Positions 31,348 through 41,712 of a stretch of 64,000 bases of DNA are shown in pieces. The position numbers and the translations under genes are program-made. The stretch is from contig JAKPGM010000038.1 in the NCBI GenBank assembly GCA_029550865.1, forward strand, positions 6,628-70,627. Reading direction: 5' to 3'. This stretch comes from Bacteroidota bacterium. GTDB taxonomy: Bacteria > Bacteroidota > Bacteroidia > Bacteroidales > DTGW01. The notes under the pieces were generated by a model. The model searched no databases. It was not told where the DNA came from and worked only from the letters and a program-made list of their open reading frames with translations. Position 1 is the first letter of the stretch. Each line of letters starts with the position of its first letter.

Positions 31348-34300
31348 ATGACCGATGGTATTCCCGCGAGGGACAAACAGGAATTGACTACATTTAATAA
31401 ATTCTTCACCTCATTGTTTGATTCATTGAGTCATGGTTTTATTGTTGTAAAAGATGGACTAATTGTATTTGCCAACTACGCTTTTTTACGGATGACGGGT
31501 TACGATAGGGAAGAATTAATAAACGTTCCATTGCTTAACCTATGCCCGCATAAACAATCCAATGGAAAGCTTTCTCAATCGTTATTGGAAACTACCATAA
31601 ATGCTTCGGTATACGAACGAAAAGAATTAAATAATTGGAGATTTTTAGTTCGCACCCAGAAATCGTTGCGATGTCATATAATGGTAACGACCATTTTCCT
31701 TGAGCAGCAGGATTACGTGGTTTTAGAAGTTGAAGAAATAATTGCTCAACGGGATATAGCGCAGCGTTTGAAAGAAAAAAATAAGCAAATCGAATCCCTG
31801 AGTGAGGAGCGAGAAAGTCTTAATGAAGAACTTCGTGCCACCCTCGACGAATTGGTTGAGGTTAACAAACAGCTCGCCGATAGTGAATTTTGGAACAAAA
31901 CCATTGTCGAAAATATTCCATTGGGGCTGCAGGTAATTAATAACGGCGAAACCGAGTACATCAATGGTAAAATGCTCGAAATTACTAATTATCCTGCCAA
32001 CTATTTTCAGAACAGGTCGATATTTGATTTAGCAGATGAGGATGAAAGAACGCGGGTTGGAGCTTTTCTCGAACATGTCAGGCAGGATATGTTGAACGAG
32101 GCAATGTTAGAATTCTGGGCACGAACTTCCCAGCACGAGCGTCGATATTTACGTGCACAATATGTAAGGCTTAATAAGGCAAGTCGATGGATGGTTATAA
32201 CGGCCGACCTGACAGAGAATAAGCTGAAAGAAAATGAACTACTGACCATCCAACAGCAGCTTGAGTTTGCCATAGAATCGAGCCAGTCGCTTATCTGGGA
32301 CATTAATCTGGCTGCTCCCGACGATGAGCCAGGTATTAGTATTGGACGTATATTTGACTACCAGCCAGGGGAACTAAAAATTCGAAACAATATCTGGCAA
32401 GAAATCATCCATCCCGACGACTTTGCGCTCGTTTCCTCAGAACTCGAAAAGCACTATCGAGGCGAGACCTCTTTATTTGAGGTTGAATCGCGAGTTATAA
32501 CAAAAGCTGGCAATTATAAATGGGCACTTATTCGGGGAAAAATTATTTCAACATTTTTCCCGGAACCCTCTCGACACTTTTTTGGAATGCTGGTAGATAT
32601 TTCGAAACGAAAAGAAACGGAAGAACAGCTGGTTGTGTCGGAAGAGAAGTTTCGTACTATTGTCCAGCATTTGTCCGACCTTATATTGATAGTCAATAAA
32701 AATCTTACCATTATTTATGAATCGCCGTCGGTTTCTGCAACATTTGGTTACGAACCGGGTCATTTGATAGGGAAAAGTGCCCTTGAAATATTACATCCAG
32801 CCGATGTGGAGGTGGCTTTGAAAGAGTTTGAAAATGTGCTGAAAAAGGATAATGACTTTAAACCCACAGAACTTCGGGCACGTCATGCTAAGGGATATTG
32901 GGTATATCTTGAGGTACTTGGCGACGATTTATCCGAACATCCTGCCATTGGGGGTATCCTCATCACTGCTCGTGATATTTCTGAGCGTAAGGAAAATGAA
33001 ATGCAGCTCGACCTGTATCGTAACCACCTTGAGCAACTGGTTAAAAAACGAACCGAAGAGATAGAACTTATCAACGCCGAACTGGTAGCTATTAACGAAG
33101 AACTCAAAGCCACCAATGAAGAACTGGCTGTAAAAAATGAAAAACTCAATGATGAAATCCTGAAACGAATTGAGGCGCAGCTTGCCCTGGAAGAAAGCGA
33201 AAACAAATTCCGCAGCTTTATTGAACAATCCACCGAGGGGATTGTACTCATTGACGAGGAGGGTAAAATAGTCGATTGGAATAAGGGCATGGAATCGATT
33301 TTTAAAATTCCTCGGGAGGAAGTTATTAATACCTATGTATGGGAATTTGATTATCGTTTTTTACCCGATAAGCGAAAAACGCAAAAGCAATTCGAAGAGC
33401 TTAAAGCTTCGACCATTGAATATTTTAATTCCCTCGATCATTCGAAAATAATGACCGTTGAGGGATATTTTCAAACCATAGAGCTAAAACAAAAATACCT
33501 TACTGTTACTATTTTTCCGGTAATTACCCCTAAGCGTCGTTATTTGGGACGTATTGTTAGGGACATTACAAATATTAAAAAAGCACAGGAAGAGATACAA
33601 AAGCAGAGTGAAGAACTGCAACAGATAAACGAAAATCTTGAACAACAAAAGCGTGAACTTGAGAATGCTCTGGAAGAACTTCGCAAAACGCAGGCACAAC
33701 TGATCCATTCCGAAAAAATGGCCTCGCTGGGTGTTTTGACAGCAGGTGTTGCTCATGAGATTAATAATCCTGTCAATTACATCAACACAGCACTTGAAGG
33801 CTTAAAGATTACCCTCGCCGATTTTCTGGAGATATTCTACATGTACGAAACCATCACGCCTGAAAATGTTACGGCCAAGCTCGAGGAGATTAAACGGCTC
33901 AAAGCTCAACTCGATTTTCCAACACTTCAACAGGGGATTAACGTTTTGCTCAATAATATGCAAACGGGTATTGAACGGATTACCGAAATAGTAAAAAGTT
34001 TAAGAACTTTTGCACGCGTTGAAGAAAATGAACTTAAATTTACGAATGTACACGAGCTTATCGATACTACGCTGGTTATGTTGCATAATCAGTACAAAAA
34101 TCGCATTGAGATTGTAAAGGAATATGGTTTTGTGCATTCTATCAACTGTTATCCAGGAAAATTGAGTCAGGTATTCATGAATATACTATCGAATGCTATT
34201 CAGGCTATTCCCGACAAGGGCACCATTACGATTAATACCCATACCGACAACGATGGAAAATATATGTATATTTCCATAAAAGATACGGGTGTGGGTATAC

Positions 34301-34485
34301 CTGAGCAGATCAGGGAAAAAATCTTCGAACCATTTTTCACAACAAAAGAGGCAGGTAAAGGTACGGGGCTGGGGCTCTCCATTACGTATGGTATCATTCA
34401 ACAGCACAATGGAGAAATAAAAGTAAATAGTAAGGTTGGTGAAGGAACAGAATTTATTATAAAATTGCCAACAAACCTAAAATAA
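31348..34485 (+). CDS. Soluble multi-PAS histidine kinase (NtrB-like HisKA)
   Basis: About five PAS/PAC domains separated by coiled coils; [21 protein letters not shown]; FEPFFTTK...GTGLGL; no TM helix seen. Confidence 0.93.
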   Translation: MTDGIPARDKQELTTFNKFFTSLFDSLSHGFIVVKDGLIVFANYAFLRMTGYDREELINVPLLNLCPHKQSNGKLSQSLLETTINASVYERKELNNWRFLVRTQKSLRCHIMVTTIFLEQQDYVVLEVEEIIAQRDIAQRLKEKNKQIESLSEERESLNEELRATLDELVEVNKQLADSEFWNKTIVENIPLGLQVINNGETEYINGKMLEITNYPANYFQNRSIFDLADEDERTRVGAFLEHVRQDMLNEAMLEFWARTSQHERRYLRAQYVRLNKASRWMVITADLTENKLKENELLTIQQQLEFAIESSQSLIWDINLAAPDDEPGISIGRIFDYQPGELKIRNNIWQEIIHPDDFALVSSELEKHYRGETSLFEVESRVITKAGNYKWALIRGKIISTFFPEPSRHFFGMLVDISKRKETEEQLVVSEEKFRTIVQHLSDLILIVNKNLTIIYESPSVSATFGYEPGHLIGKSALEILHPADVEVALKEFENVLKKDNDFKPTELRARHAKGYWVYLEVLGDDLSEHPAIGGILITARDISERKENEMQLDLYRNHLEQLVKKRTEEIELINAELVAINEELKATNEELAVKNEKLNDEILKRIEAQLALEESENKFRSFIEQSTEGIVLIDEEGKIVDWNKGMESIFKIPREEVINTYVWEFDYRFLPDKRKTQKQFEELKASTIEYFNSLDHSKIMTVEGYFQTIELKQKYLTVTIFPVITPKRRYLGRIVRDITNIKKAQEEIQKQSEELQQINENLEQQKRELENALEELRKTQAQLIHSEKMASLGVLTAGVAHEINNPVNYINTALEGLKITLADFLEIFYMYETITPENVTAKLEEIKRLKAQLDFPTLQQGINVLLNNMQTGIERITEIVKSLRTFARVEENELKFTNVHELIDTTLVMLHNQYKNRIEIVKEYGFVHSINCYPGKLSQVFMNILSNAIQAIPDKGTITINTHTDNDGKYMYISIKDTGVGIPEQIREKIFEPFFTTKEAGKGTGLGLSITYGIIQQHNGEIKVNSKVGEGTEFIIKLPTNLK

Positions 34486-34506
34486 TAACCCTAAGAACCT
34501 AAGATT

Positions 34507-36087
34507 ATGGAAGAGTCATACAAAGAGCCGATTCTGTATGTAGATGATGAAGTTGAAAATCTTCAGGGCTTTGAATTTTTGCTACAGCGTGACTTTGAAG
34601 TGCATGTAGCCGCTTCAGCACGAGAGGGCTTGGAAATTTTACAGCATAACACCATAAAGGTGGTGCTGACCGACCAGCGCATGCCCGAAATGACCGGGAT
34701 AGAGTTTCTGGAAAAAGCGATGACGATATCGCCCGAAACCATTCGCATTGTTGTAACGGCCTACAGCGATTCCGATACAATACTACAGGCCATAAATCAA
34801 GGCAAAGCGTATCATTTTATTACCAAACCCTGGAACAATAACGAGCTGCGAAATATTATTCGTCGAGCCATTGAAACCTATAATCTACGTAAGGATAAAT
34901 TACAGTTGATAAATCATTTACAAAACCTCAATGCCGAATTGCTTAAGGCAAAAGAGCGTGCCGAGGAAAGCGATAAGTTGAAAACATCTTTCCTGGCCAA
35001 CATGAGCCACGAAATTCGAACGCCGTTGAATGCCATTGTTGGCTTTTCCAATCTACTTATTGATGACAACCTTAAAAATCCAGAATTAAAAAAAGAATTT
35101 GTAAAGATTATTGAACATAGTGCAGGAGATTTGCTCAACATCATTGAGGATATTCTGGATACAGCCCAGATAGAATCGGGCATTGTCAATATCCGAGAAA
35201 ACCTTGTAGACATTAATCAGTTGATGGTTGAACTACTAATAATGTACCAAAACCATCCACAGGTGAAAGAAAAACAATTGCAGGTAGAATACATTTATCC
35301 GGCTGCTACGGACAAGTTTGATGTTTATTTAGATAGGCTGCGATTAAAACAAATACTTACCAACCTGCTTAGTAATGCAGTAAAATTTACCGAGCATGGG
35401 AGAATAGAATTTGGTTACCGTCAACTGGAACATGCACAGAATGTATTACAATTTTTCGTAAGCGATACAGGTATCGGTATCCCTTCAGATAAGTTTGATT
35501 TTATTTTTGAACGTTTTCGGAAACTCGAAACGGATACCGATACGTTATACAGGGGGAATGGTCTTGGGCTATACATTTCGCGTAAGTTAGCCCAATTTAT
35601 GGGGGGAGATATCAGTCTGGAGTCGGAGGTAGGCAAAGGATCGACTTTTTATCTTACCATACCTTATTCTATTCGACAGCGTGAAGGATTAGGCGAGAAT
35701 TATACTTCATATTATGCCAATCTTACCTGGCCAGGTAAAACCATTCTTATTGTCGAAGACGAGACTTCAAATTATAAATACCTTGAAGCCCTGCTCAATA
35801 ATCGGGCAAATTTGCTTTGGGCGAAAAATGGTATTGAAGCGGTGCAAATATGTACCGAAAAACCGGTAGATTTAGTTTTAATGGATATTAAACTGCCGAA
35901 ACTCGATGGATTTGAGGCAACGCGTAAGATAAAAGATCTAAAGCCAAGCCTTCCGGTTATTGCTGTCACAGCATATGCCATGGAGGCTGATAAAAACGAA
36001 AGCATACAGGCGGGATGTAATAATTACATTTCAAAGCCCTTTAAAATGGAAGAATTATTCTCATTGATCAATTCTTACATCGGATAA
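34507..36087 (+). CDS. Hybrid kinase REC-HisKA-HATPase-REC
   Basis: ILYVDDE...DQRMP...TKPW; FLANMSHEIRTP; second receiver domain IVEDE...MDIKLP...SKP. Confidence 0.94.
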   Translation: MEESYKEPILYVDDEVENLQGFEFLLQRDFEVHVAASAREGLEILQHNTIKVVLTDQRMPEMTGIEFLEKAMTISPETIRIVVTAYSDSDTILQAINQGKAYHFITKPWNNNELRNIIRRAIETYNLRKDKLQLINHLQNLNAELLKAKERAEESDKLKTSFLANMSHEIRTPLNAIVGFSNLLIDDNLKNPELKKEFVKIIEHSAGDLLNIIEDILDTAQIESGIVNIRENLVDINQLMVELLIMYQNHPQVKEKQLQVEYIYPAATDKFDVYLDRLRLKQILTNLLSNAVKFTEHGRIEFGYRQLEHAQNVLQFFVSDTGIGIPSDKFDFIFERFRKLETDTDTLYRGNGLGLYISRKLAQFMGGDISLESEVGKGSTFYLTIPYSIRQREGLGENYTSYYANLTWPGKTILIVEDETSNYKYLEALLNNRANLLWAKNGIEAVQICTEKPVDLVLMDIKLPKLDGFEATRKIKDLKPSLPVIAVTAYAMEADKNESIQAGCNNYISKPFKMEELFSLINSYIG

Positions 36088-36090
36088 GGA

Positions 36091-39000
36091 ATGCTGGATA
36101 AGTCAGAGAAAACCATACTATATGTTGATGACGAGCAGGAAAACCTCGATGGTTTTCGCTTTAATTTTCGAAAAGACTATGTGATTTATACAGCACAAAA
36201 CACCCTTGAAGCCTTTAATATTATACGAAATGCACCCATAAAGGTAGTTATTTCGGACAATAAGATGCCCGATATGCTGGGCACCGAGTTTTTTGAGGTG
36301 CTTGCTGTCTCAAATCCTGACATTATTCGTATATTGGTTACTGCCTATGCCGATACCGAAGCAGCCATGCAGGCCATCAACAAAGGGCAGGTTTATCGAT
36401 TTATCACCAAACCCTGGAATAAGAACGAACTGCAGAACGCTATTGAAAATGCTTTTGAGGCCTATCAGCTTAAGCAGCAAAATCAACAACTCATTGAAAA
36501 TCTCACAAAGAAAAATTTTGAGCTGGAAGATTTGAGCTTTCGGCTAATGGTGGAAGTATCGGAGCATAGAAAAGTAGAAGAAGAACTGTTCGTTTACAAA
36601 AATCATCTGGAGCAATTAGTTGCCAAACGAACGGAAGAAATTGAACAGATTAACAAAGAATTAAGCCGATACAAGGACGAACTGGAGGAACTTGTTAAGG
36701 AACGTTCTGCTCAACTGATTGAGAGTGAACAACGTCTTAGAACCATAAGCGATAATCTTCCAGGAGGCGCTATTTTTAGAGGTTTCACCAAGCCCGATGA
36801 TACCGATTATTTGGTGTATACCAGTGCCAATATACATGCTATCACGGGGATTACTCGGGACGACATGCTGTCGAGCATTGGTATTTTTTTTAATCAGGTG
36901 TACCCCGACGATATTCCTCGTCTTATTGCTGCTCGTAAAAAAGCCATTGAAGATTCAAAAATTCTTGACGTAGAAATTCGTTTCTATCGAGCCCCCGATG
37001 ATATTCGCTGGCTACATTTGCGAATAATGTATAAAAATACTGAGGACGGTCTTATTTGGTGGGATGGGTATGTCATCGACGTAACCGATCGAAAAAGGGC
37101 AGAGCATGCGGCGAAAAGTCTTGAAAATATTATCAATCAAATCCATGAAGGGATATCGGCACATACCGGCGAAAAACTCATTGAAACGGTGGCAATGAAA
37201 CTTTTCGAGGTATTACAACCCGACCAACTTTTTATTGGGCAGCCCCTTACAGGACGACAAGCAATTCGAACTACGATTTTTATTGAGCACAACAACATTA
37301 AGAAAAACATCACCTTTTCTGCCAAGAATACTCCGTGCAGTTTAGTATTGAAAAAGGATAAAATAATATATTCCAGTGGTGTTCATGAACATTTTTCAGG
37401 CCTTGATACCCTGACTCATTCAAAAGCGGAAGCGTATGTAGGTATACCACTCATCAATTCATCTGGTAATTGCATTGGTTTAATTGCTGCTATATATTTT
37501 CGTCCGCTCGGGGAAGGGCAGCGAGTAGCCCAAATTCTCGAAATTTTTTCGGCTCGTATTACAGCTGAGTTGGAACGCATACAGTACGAGGAAGCCATTA
37601 AGCTTTACTCTGATGTTGCCGAAAATATGCAGGTGGCTCTGAATGTTTTTCAACTTCAGGGCAAAAATCTTATCCTGGTAAAAGCAAATCCTGCAGCGGC
37701 AAGAATTATCAATGCTACCCTTGAGGGCATGGTCGGCAAAAAGTTTGAAGAGATATATCCCCAGCTACAGGGATATCAGCTCGAAGAGGTACTGACCCGG
37801 GTGGTACGCACAGGTAAAGCCTATGCAAATGAAGAATTTAAATATTTTGCCGACGACGGTAAGGTATTTTTTTACAGCTTTAAGGCATTTCCTCTGCCTA
37901 ATAATTGTGTCGGAGTATTGTTCGAAGATATAACCCGCAAAAAACTTGCTGAACAGGCTATTAAGGAAAATGAAGAACGTTACAAGGCACTTTTCGAAAA
38001 ATCCCCCAACGGAATTCACCTCATCAGTACTTCAGGTGCTATGGCCGGCAAAATCGTATCGGTCAACCCCCTGGTTACCCGGATGCTTGGGTACACCGCT
38101 AATGATATTGTGGGTCAACCCTTAGAACACTTCATGGTTGGGCTCGATTCAGATTTTCGAAAACAGACTCTGGAAAAACTTATGGCTGGCCAAACGGTTA
38201 TTTTCGAAACAACTTTTATCCGCAAAGATGGTAATCGTTTTCCGGTAGAAATTACACAAAGTACCTTGAGTCTTGGTAATGAGATTTATATCCTTGGCAT
38301 CGTTCGTGACATTACTGAGCTAAAAAACGCTCAAAAACAATTGCAGGAAAATATCCATTTTCTTACTACACTGTTAGAAACCATACCATTACCGGTGGTT
38401 TACAAAGATAAAAATCGCAGATTTTTGGGATGCAATACCGAATTTGAACAGCTTATCGGACGAAAGCGAGAAGAGCTGATGGGCAAAACGGTATTTGATA
38501 TTTATCCATACGAGTTTGCGAAACGATACGATGAAGCCGACAGGCTGTTGCTTGAAAATGGGGTAACCCAGAAATTCGAAGAACAGATTGTAGATGCAAA
38601 AGGAAATGTTCGAGACATTATTCTAACAAAAGCTGCTTTTACTGATGTCAACAACGAAATCGCCGGCTTTATTCTGATTCTTTTCGATATTACCGAACGG
38701 AAAAATTATGAGATTCGATTGCTGGAAACCATTATTACTACCGAAGAAAAGGAACGAGAACGTTTTGCGGGCAATTTGCACGACGAAGTAGGCCCTTTAC
38801 TCTCAAGTCTGAAAATGTATCTATCTCTACTGGCCGAAAGCGAGGACAAAAAAAAGAAAGATTACATTTTGAAGCAGGTTCAACATCTGATTAAAGAAGC
38901 CATACAAACGGTACGTGAGATCTCAAACGATTTGAGTCCTCATATCCTAAACAATTACGGTTGTATCGCAGCTATCAACTCTTATATAGCCCTTAAATCG

Positions 39001-39348
39001 GATTTTATTAAAATCGATTTTCAGCAAAATATTGAAAATAAAAGATTTGGTGCACATCTCGAGACTATCATCTATCGGATTACCAAGGAGCTTATCAACA
39101 ACACCCTTAAACATGCTGAGGCTAACCATATCGAACTAAAAATCATTGAAAATAATAACGTCCTGAGCTATTATTATCGCGATGATGGGAAAGGTTTTGA
39201 GATGAAAGATACCCTGGAGACCAAGAGCGGCAGCATTGGATTGCTAAACATTGTAAGCCGTGTTAAAACTATCAATGGAAAATATCATATCGATAGCGCA
39301 CCTAACAAAGGTTTTACTTTTGAACTCGAAGTTCCATTAAAAAATTAA
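36091..39348 (+). CDS. REC-PAS-GAF-PAS-PAS-PAS kinase of NarX/HisKA_3 type
   Basis: N-terminal receiver domain; GAF (TPC...AYVGIPL); ERERFAGNLHDEVG; ELINNTLKHA; DDGKGF. Confidence 0.92.
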   Translation: MLDKSEKTILYVDDEQENLDGFRFNFRKDYVIYTAQNTLEAFNIIRNAPIKVVISDNKMPDMLGTEFFEVLAVSNPDIIRILVTAYADTEAAMQAINKGQVYRFITKPWNKNELQNAIENAFEAYQLKQQNQQLIENLTKKNFELEDLSFRLMVEVSEHRKVEEELFVYKNHLEQLVAKRTEEIEQINKELSRYKDELEELVKERSAQLIESEQRLRTISDNLPGGAIFRGFTKPDDTDYLVYTSANIHAITGITRDDMLSSIGIFFNQVYPDDIPRLIAARKKAIEDSKILDVEIRFYRAPDDIRWLHLRIMYKNTEDGLIWWDGYVIDVTDRKRAEHAAKSLENIINQIHEGISAHTGEKLIETVAMKLFEVLQPDQLFIGQPLTGRQAIRTTIFIEHNNIKKNITFSAKNTPCSLVLKKDKIIYSSGVHEHFSGLDTLTHSKAEAYVGIPLINSSGNCIGLIAAIYFRPLGEGQRVAQILEIFSARITAELERIQYEEAIKLYSDVAENMQVALNVFQLQGKNLILVKANPAAARIINATLEGMVGKKFEEIYPQLQGYQLEEVLTRVVRTGKAYANEEFKYFADDGKVFFYSFKAFPLPNNCVGVLFEDITRKKLAEQAIKENEERYKALFEKSPNGIHLISTSGAMAGKIVSVNPLVTRMLGYTANDIVGQPLEHFMVGLDSDFRKQTLEKLMAGQTVIFETTFIRKDGNRFPVEITQSTLSLGNEIYILGIVRDITELKNAQKQLQENIHFLTTLLETIPLPVVYKDKNRRFLGCNTEFEQLIGRKREELMGKTVFDIYPYEFAKRYDEADRLLLENGVTQKFEEQIVDAKGNVRDIILTKAAFTDVNNEIAGFILILFDITERKNYEIRLLETIITTEEKERERFAGNLHDEVGPLLSSLKMYLSLLAESEDKKKKDYILKQVQHLIKEAIQTVREISNDLSPHILNNYGCIAAINSYIALKSDFIKIDFQQNIENKRFGAHLETIIYRITKELINNTLKHAEANHIELKIIENNNVLSYYYRDDGKGFEMKDTLETKSGSIGLLNIVSRVKTINGKYHIDSAPNKGFTFELEVPLKN

Positions 39349-39480
39349 AAAGAAATTTTATTTATATTTGGACAAAATAAGATATTGGGTTTAATTTTAA
39401 GACGAAAAATCAGCAAATAGCAATTTATGATATAATTTCTCAATAATTGAGGATAAGCAATTACGAATTTGATAAAAAAA

Positions 39481-40335
39481 ATGGAAATGAGATACTCAGA
39501 AAAAGAGGGAAACAAAATTATTGTTCCCTGGGATTTTTCGCCTGTTGCTGGTTATACACTCGAACATGCCGAGCGGATAGCCCGTATCACCGATAAGGCT
39601 ATCGAGCTATTGCATATAGTAAAAAACGAGTCAGAGATTCCTAACAAAGAGAAAGAACTGGAAGCTATTGCCGAAGAAGCATTTGCAAAATATGGGATTC
39701 GCCCCGAAACCAAAGTCATGGAAGGTTCAATTTTTACGACTATATCAAATTATGCTTCCGATACCAAGGCTAATATGGTTATTATGGGAACCCATGGCAT
39801 AAAGGGTTTGCAAAAAATTACGGGCAGCTATGCTTTTAAGGTACTGCTGGGGTCAAAAGTGCCTTTTGTGGTAGTTCAAGCACCGCCAGGAAGCGAGGAA
39901 AAGCTTTCGAATATTGTATTTCCCATAGATTTCAGAAGTGAAAACAAAGAAAAACTCTATTGGGCAATCTATCTGGGTAAATACTTCAATTCTAAAGTAC
40001 ATCTTTTTAAATACCCTGTTAACGATCCTTCGCTACAGAAGAAGGTCAATATCAATCTCAATTTTGCCATTCGTTTTTTGATTCAAAACAGTCTTGATTA
40101 CGAGATTCATACAGCTCCTAAGGGCGAGTTTGGCAAGGAGACCATAAAATTTGCGCAGGAAATTAATGCCGACCTTATTTTAATTGTTACCTCGAAGAAT
40201 ATTAGTTTCATAGACTTTATTTTTGGTTCGCGTGAGCAATACATCATTGCCAACAGTGCAAAGATTCCTGTGATGGTGGTCAATCCCCGGGCTAGTTTTG
40301 CCACCATGGGACAGTTTATGTATGGCAATGCCTGA
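39481..40335 (+). CDS. Tandem universal stress protein
   Basis: IIVPWDFS, MVIMGTHG...GS, second domain IVFPID. TATATTTG box at 39363-39370. Confidence 0.9.
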   Translation: MEMRYSEKEGNKIIVPWDFSPVAGYTLEHAERIARITDKAIELLHIVKNESEIPNKEKELEAIAEEAFAKYGIRPETKVMEGSIFTTISNYASDTKANMVIMGTHGIKGLQKITGSYAFKVLLGSKVPFVVVQAPPGSEEKLSNIVFPIDFRSENKEKLYWAIYLGKYFNSKVHLFKYPVNDPSLQKKVNINLNFAIRFLIQNSLDYEIHTAPKGEFGKETIKFAQEINADLILIVTSKNISFIDFIFGSREQYIIANSAKIPVMVVNPRASFATMGQFMYGNA

Positions 40336-40345
40336 GATATAACCC

Positions 40346-41704
40346 ATGGCAAAAACACGCACGCGTTTTGTATGCCAGAATTGTGGGGCCGAATCGGCTA
40401 AATGGATAGGTCGTTGTCCTTCCTGCAACGAATGGAATACCTATGTAGAGGAAGTCATTAGCACGCAACCCGAACGGCAGGTACCCACAAACGCAATTCG
40501 TGCTTCTCAGGTTATTGCGCTGGCTTCGGTTGCAGAACGAGATTTTAGTCGTATCGATACTGGGGTTGGCGAAATAAATAGGGTGCTGGGGGGAGGATTG
40601 GTATTGGGTTCGGTTATTCTTCTGGGAGGCGAGCCGGGAATCGGGAAGTCAACCCTGGCATTGCAGGTGGCTTTAGGGTTAAGCAACTTAAAAACTTTAT
40701 ATATCTCGGGCGAGGAAAGCGCCTCGCAGGTAAAGCTTCGTGCTCAACGCCTGGGCAAAATTCACGACAACCTTCTCATACTTTGTGAAACAAATATCGA
40801 TGCCATATACGCTGCCATTGAGCACGAACAGCCCCAATTGGTTGTGGTTGATTCAATACAAACGCTCTATGCCGAATACATTGAATCGTCTCCCGGCAGT
40901 GTTAGTCAAATCAGAGAATGTACTTCACGTCTTATGCGGTTGGCCAAAAATAGGGCTATCCCGGTTTTCATGATCGGACATATTGTAAAGGATGGTAGCC
41001 TGGCAGGTCCAAAAACGCTCGAGCACATGGTTGATACCGTGCTCCAATTTGAAGGCGATCGGCAATATCTTTTTCGCATTCTTCGTACCACAAAGAATCG
41101 ATTTGGTTCCACCTCCGAGATTGGTATTTTTGAAATGCAGGGAACAGGATTAGTAGAGGTGCCAAACCCTTCGGAGATTTTTCTGTCACATAGTCAGGAA
41201 AACCTTAGTGGCATTGCGGTAGCAGCTACTATTAATGGCAACCGCCCCTACCTGATTGAATTACAGTCGTTGGTAAGTTCGGCCGTTTATGGCACCCCCC
41301 AGCGGTCATCGATAGGGTTCGATTTGCGGCGGTTGAATATGTTACTTGCTGTGCTCGAGAAAAGGGCAGGTTTTCGCCTGGCTGTTAAAGATGTATTTCT
41401 TAATGTAGCGGGTGGCCTTAAAATCGAAGAACCTTCGGTTGATCTGGCGGTGGCAGCTGCTATCCTTTCGTCGAATGCCGATATTGCAATCGATAAAAAA
41501 ACATGCATGGCTGGAGAAATTAGTCTTTCCGGCGAAATACGACCAGTCTATCGTGTCGACCAACGTGTAGCGGAAGCTACTAAATTAGGGTTTCAACAAA
41601 TGATTCTACCCCTTGCCAATAAAAAGGCTATTAAGTATGCAGGCGAAATGGAAATACGCTACATCAGTAAAATTGAACAGTTGCCTAAAGTGTTGTTTGG
41701 ATAG
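40346..41704 (+). CDS. radA: DNA repair protein RadA/Sms
   Basis: C4 zinc finger CQNC...CPSC, Walker A GEPGIGKST and the KNRFG motif. Confidence 0.98.
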   Translation: MAKTRTRFVCQNCGAESAKWIGRCPSCNEWNTYVEEVISTQPERQVPTNAIRASQVIALASVAERDFSRIDTGVGEINRVLGGGLVLGSVILLGGEPGIGKSTLALQVALGLSNLKTLYISGEESASQVKLRAQRLGKIHDNLLILCETNIDAIYAAIEHEQPQLVVVDSIQTLYAEYIESSPGSVSQIRECTSRLMRLAKNRAIPVFMIGHIVKDGSLAGPKTLEHMVDTVLQFEGDRQYLFRILRTTKNRFGSTSEIGIFEMQGTGLVEVPNPSEIFLSHSQENLSGIAVAATINGNRPYLIELQSLVSSAVYGTPQRSSIGFDLRRLNMLLAVLEKRAGFRLAVKDVFLNVAGGLKIEEPSVDLAVAAAILSSNADIAIDKKTCMAGEISLSGEIRPVYRVDQRVAEATKLGFQQMILPLANKKAIKYAGEMEIRYISKIEQLPKVLFG

Positions 41705-41712
41705 CCTGGGAC

